A stretch of 57,727 nt of DNA, counting the filler, from Bipalium vagum (Eukaryota), in assembly GCA_037834085.1 (NCBI GenBank). It is 3 parts of 3 records of this genome, joined end to end, with 100 filler letters (N's around TTAATTAATTAA, not from the genome) between each part and the next. Parts side by side here need not be neighbours in the genome. Positions count along the whole stretch, not along the records: positions 40,344 to 57,727 come from JBBMKC010068998.1; 2 more parts are not named here. One strand, 5' to 3'. This document shows, in pieces, positions 54,501 to 57,727 of this stretch; positions within the stretch are counted from its first letter, which is position 1; each line of letters opens with the position of its first letter. The position numbers and the translations under genes are program-made. The notes under the pieces were generated by a model. That model was not told the DNA's origin, made no database searches, and saw only the letters and a program-made list of their open reading frames with translations.

Positions 54501-55875
54501 GAATCCCATGGTTCTATGAAGCTCAACCCGGGAATCTGGTTAGGATTTCTATATGATGAGGCCGATTCACTAATTTTCATTTTTATTTTTGTGTAAATTA
54601 TTATTGTTGTTATTACTATTAGTAGTAGTAACAGTATTCGATTATTTTGATATGAATTCATTTTATTTTTATTATTATCTTTAGTGTATCGTAAATTAGA
54701 GTACAGACAGGAGCTACGTGATGTTATACATATGTATATATTCAGTGTGATAAACGTATTTGGATATCACTTTGGAAGTGTTGCCTATTTGAGATTGATT
54801 ACGTGACATTTGTGTAATTTTATTATTTTGTTTAAAATTAATAAAGCTTATTGTCTAGTTTCATAAGTTTTGACCCATATGGTTATTATTGAACCTAACC
54901 AGAATAAAGTGAAGGATCCATATAATACAAGTTGCATAATATAAAATGTTATAAAATTAAAAATTTTAATCAATATTTTCAATAACGCTTGTAGACAATC
55001 AGTTGTGACAAAAAATGCCAGATGAGTTAAAAACCAATTTTATAGACCATACCAATTCTCATCCGTTTCAAATATATTCATATATTTTAGAATAAAAACA
55101 TTATCATTATCATTGTTATTATTTTAAAACCAAATGAAACAAGTATTTCTTCACTAAAAGGTTTGAATAAATTTCCAGTAGATATATATAAGTTTATGAA
55201 CATAAATTTGAACTCAACAATAATAAAATATTTTCACCACTTGAGTAGAGCCGTTAACTGTGTTAATAGAATAATGAATATAATAGTCTCTACTGTTAAA
55301 ATGAAGAAAAGAATTGCAGAGTTAACAATGTTATACATTTTCTATTTTGTGAATGTATAAATAGTATAGTAATTTAAACAGTTACTGATCCAGACTACAC
55401 ACTTGGTTACAAGAGAATTAATAATATTGTGAACAGGTTCACTATAAAATCTTTTTTTTTTAAGACTATTTTCAGACGAAGGATTTTCTTCTGAAGTCTG
55501 TAAAACCATTTGCTTTTAAATAATTTTATAAATTTTGTCCCACTATAATTTTGTTAAGAGTTTTGAAATAGAAATTTCCGATCTTTAGTAATGCCGTTAG
55601 AAACATCTAAATGCTTTTAAGCTATAGATAACTTAAATTTTTAAAGCAAAAAGTGAAGCATAATTTCCAGAGAATGTACTTACAATATTGAAAACTTTGA
55701 AATAAAATAATGTTATAACCTCAAGAAGACCACCCCTAAATGTATTGATTGAATATCATGCTACTTTTAATGATCTTAAAAATAATAACAGTTACATCCT
55801 TCACACTTCATATTAACATTGTAATATTTAGGATCCATTAATAATTAATGAACAATAATAACCAATACCAAATAA

Positions 55876-56984
55876 CGTGGTTTGTCCAATAAATACTCGA
55901 ACCCCCAAATTTTTAGCGCAGATAATTTCCTGTTTTTACATAAAATACTTTTATAAGATTTTATTTTATTATTGTTTATTGATATTATTTGCCGAAAACA
56001 TTTTAGCTCACTTTTTGTTCTTTATTACGAACGATGGATGTCTATGAAAAAATAGAACAAATGAATATCAAATTCTTTGTAAAATTCTGGAATAAATTTT
56101 GTGAAATTGATGAAATGTTGAGGACTGCCTAAGGAAAAAGTTTCTATTCAAGTGGATGAAATGTTTCAGCAAGGAGACTGTAAGAACGCCGAAAAGATGA
56201 CATACATCTTCAAGCTTTGATAAAAATAAATTGTTTTTAATGCTATCTGATCGCAGATTATTTGTTCGGATGATTGCTACCAAATTAGATTTGCAAAATT
56301 CTTTACACAAAACTTTAACAAATTGTTTAGAGATGAAAAAATTATGAACAAAAATTGTTTTAAAGTTCCTGACACCTGAGCAATTGCTAAGAAGGACTAG
56401 ATGTTGCACATTATGCTCAATAATCAGGTTCCCTTGAAAGGATTATCTCCGGTGACGAATTTTGTTATGGTATAGCGTTGAGTCAATATTAGACAACAAA
56501 AAATGGAGATTAAAAGGTGAAAACCGGCCGAAAAAGTATACTAAAACCCGAAAAACCAAAATTTTTTATGATGTTCATAGTAATCAATAAATCCCTTTCT
56601 GAAGCGTTTGAGTAACAGTTTACATCAAGTTCGACCAAATCTGTGTCATGATGGATGTTTACACCAATGTGCCTGCTCATTCCGCAACAAATGTGAGTGA
56701 GTTTCTTGTCCGTAATTATTACGCTCACCAGATCTACCCATTGTGATCCCATGTTGTGAAGTGACTGGAATGGTGTGCAAATTGTAAAATATGAAGCAAT
56801 AAGGAACTTGAAGAACTTCTTTTCTTTCGAATTCCAAGATTGTTTTGAAAGATGAAAACTAAGATGCGAAATATGTATTGCTACAAATGAATAATAATTT
56901 AAATGAAATGAATTTGATGCATAACAAATTTTGTAGAATAAAGAATGAATGACTTTGGTTCGAAGATTTTTTGGACAGACTACT
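55876..56984 (+). mobile_element. Degenerate mariner element
   Basis: Imperfect TIRs GTGGTTTGTCCAATAAATACTCGAAC / GTTCGAAGATTTTTTGGACAGACTAC. Remnants SDRRLFVRMIA, KFLTPEQ, IISGDE, NVPAHS and SPDL. Confidence 0.75.
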
Positions 56985-57657
56985 AATAATATGTCAGGTA
57001 CGCAATGTAATACAAAATAAAAAATTTTTTTTAAATTGAAATTATTTAAAAATTTTATGAGAAATTTCCTTTTTCAAAGATGAAAGTTTTCGAAAGGTTT
57101 TTCCCGTAAAATTAATTTTATTCATTTAGTCTTGTGAATATAGAAAAACACAATCATTAATTAGAAAAGATAATCTGTCTTGTCACTCAAGTAATTCTTT
57201 TTTTATTTATTAATCGCAATTATGGGAAAAAAGAATGATTATTTCAATTAATTTAACATCCATCTGTTCATCATTCTTTGTTTTCTGGCCGCGCAAGCCG
57301 GTTCGAAAAATTTTATGTTTCAACTAAATTAAAACATTTTATTCTTTTTCTCCCCATTGTCATTACATTTATTTTTATTTTCTATTAATAGTATATTATC
57401 TCAAAAAACGTTCTTATTAAATTTCAATATGATTATAATTTTTTTTTTAATTATTAAATATTTTATTAGCTGAGTACATTTTATTAAATTAATTTTGTAG
57501 AGTTCTTTTTTAATCCTATATCATAAAAAACGAAGTTTAAACTAAAAAAACCAAAGAAATGTATTTATTATTATTATAAATTATTGTTATATTAATTTTA
57601 AGCATTGACTTCCTAATAATTACAAAAACGAGAAAATAATAATAAATAAATAAATAG

Positions 57658-57659
<2 letters not shown>

Positions 57660-57727
<68 letters not shown>
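57660..57727. repeat. (AAT)n microsatellite
   Basis: Pure AAT run to the window end. Confidence 0.95.

Noticed and set aside
54446-54570. Hairpin AACCAGATT/AATCTGGTT followed by TGATGAGGCCGA
   Set aside because: The hammerhead core is incomplete (no CUGAUGA or GAAA), and no second copy was seen.

Overview
This is very AT-rich eukaryotic, probably animal, DNA with spliceosomal GT-AG introns. The short 44-48 nt introns, (AAT)n microsatellites and transposon mix would fit a flatworm such as a planarian, but that is inference only. The window appears to be three contigs joined by artificial 100-nt N-TTAATTAATTAA-N linkers (23594-23693, 40244-40343), so adjacency across those joins is not reliable. 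Four host genes are supported: the terminal exon of a rhodopsin-class FMRFamide-receptor-like GPCR (+), a two-exon NOL9/Grc3 polynucleotide 5'-kinase (-), a two-exon beta-tubulin (+), and the first seven coding exons of the kinesin-8 KIF19 (-), which is cut off at a contig end. The ORF track misses the splicing in all of them. There is also a tRNA-Ala-like pseudogene. Most of the rest is decayed mobile DNA: several mariner, Tc1, IS630-like and DD41D elements, MITEs, a Ty3/Gypsy pol, two Ulp1-protease-bearing NeSL-like non-LTR elements and a Polinton/adintovirus-like PolB fragment. Local direct, tandem and inverted duplications are also present. I found no clearly novel intact system. The best leads are a repeated pseudoknot-capable motif with HDV-ribozyme-like topology just upstream of a NeSL-like element, an intron-bearing Tc1 transposase, and the virus-like PolB region.
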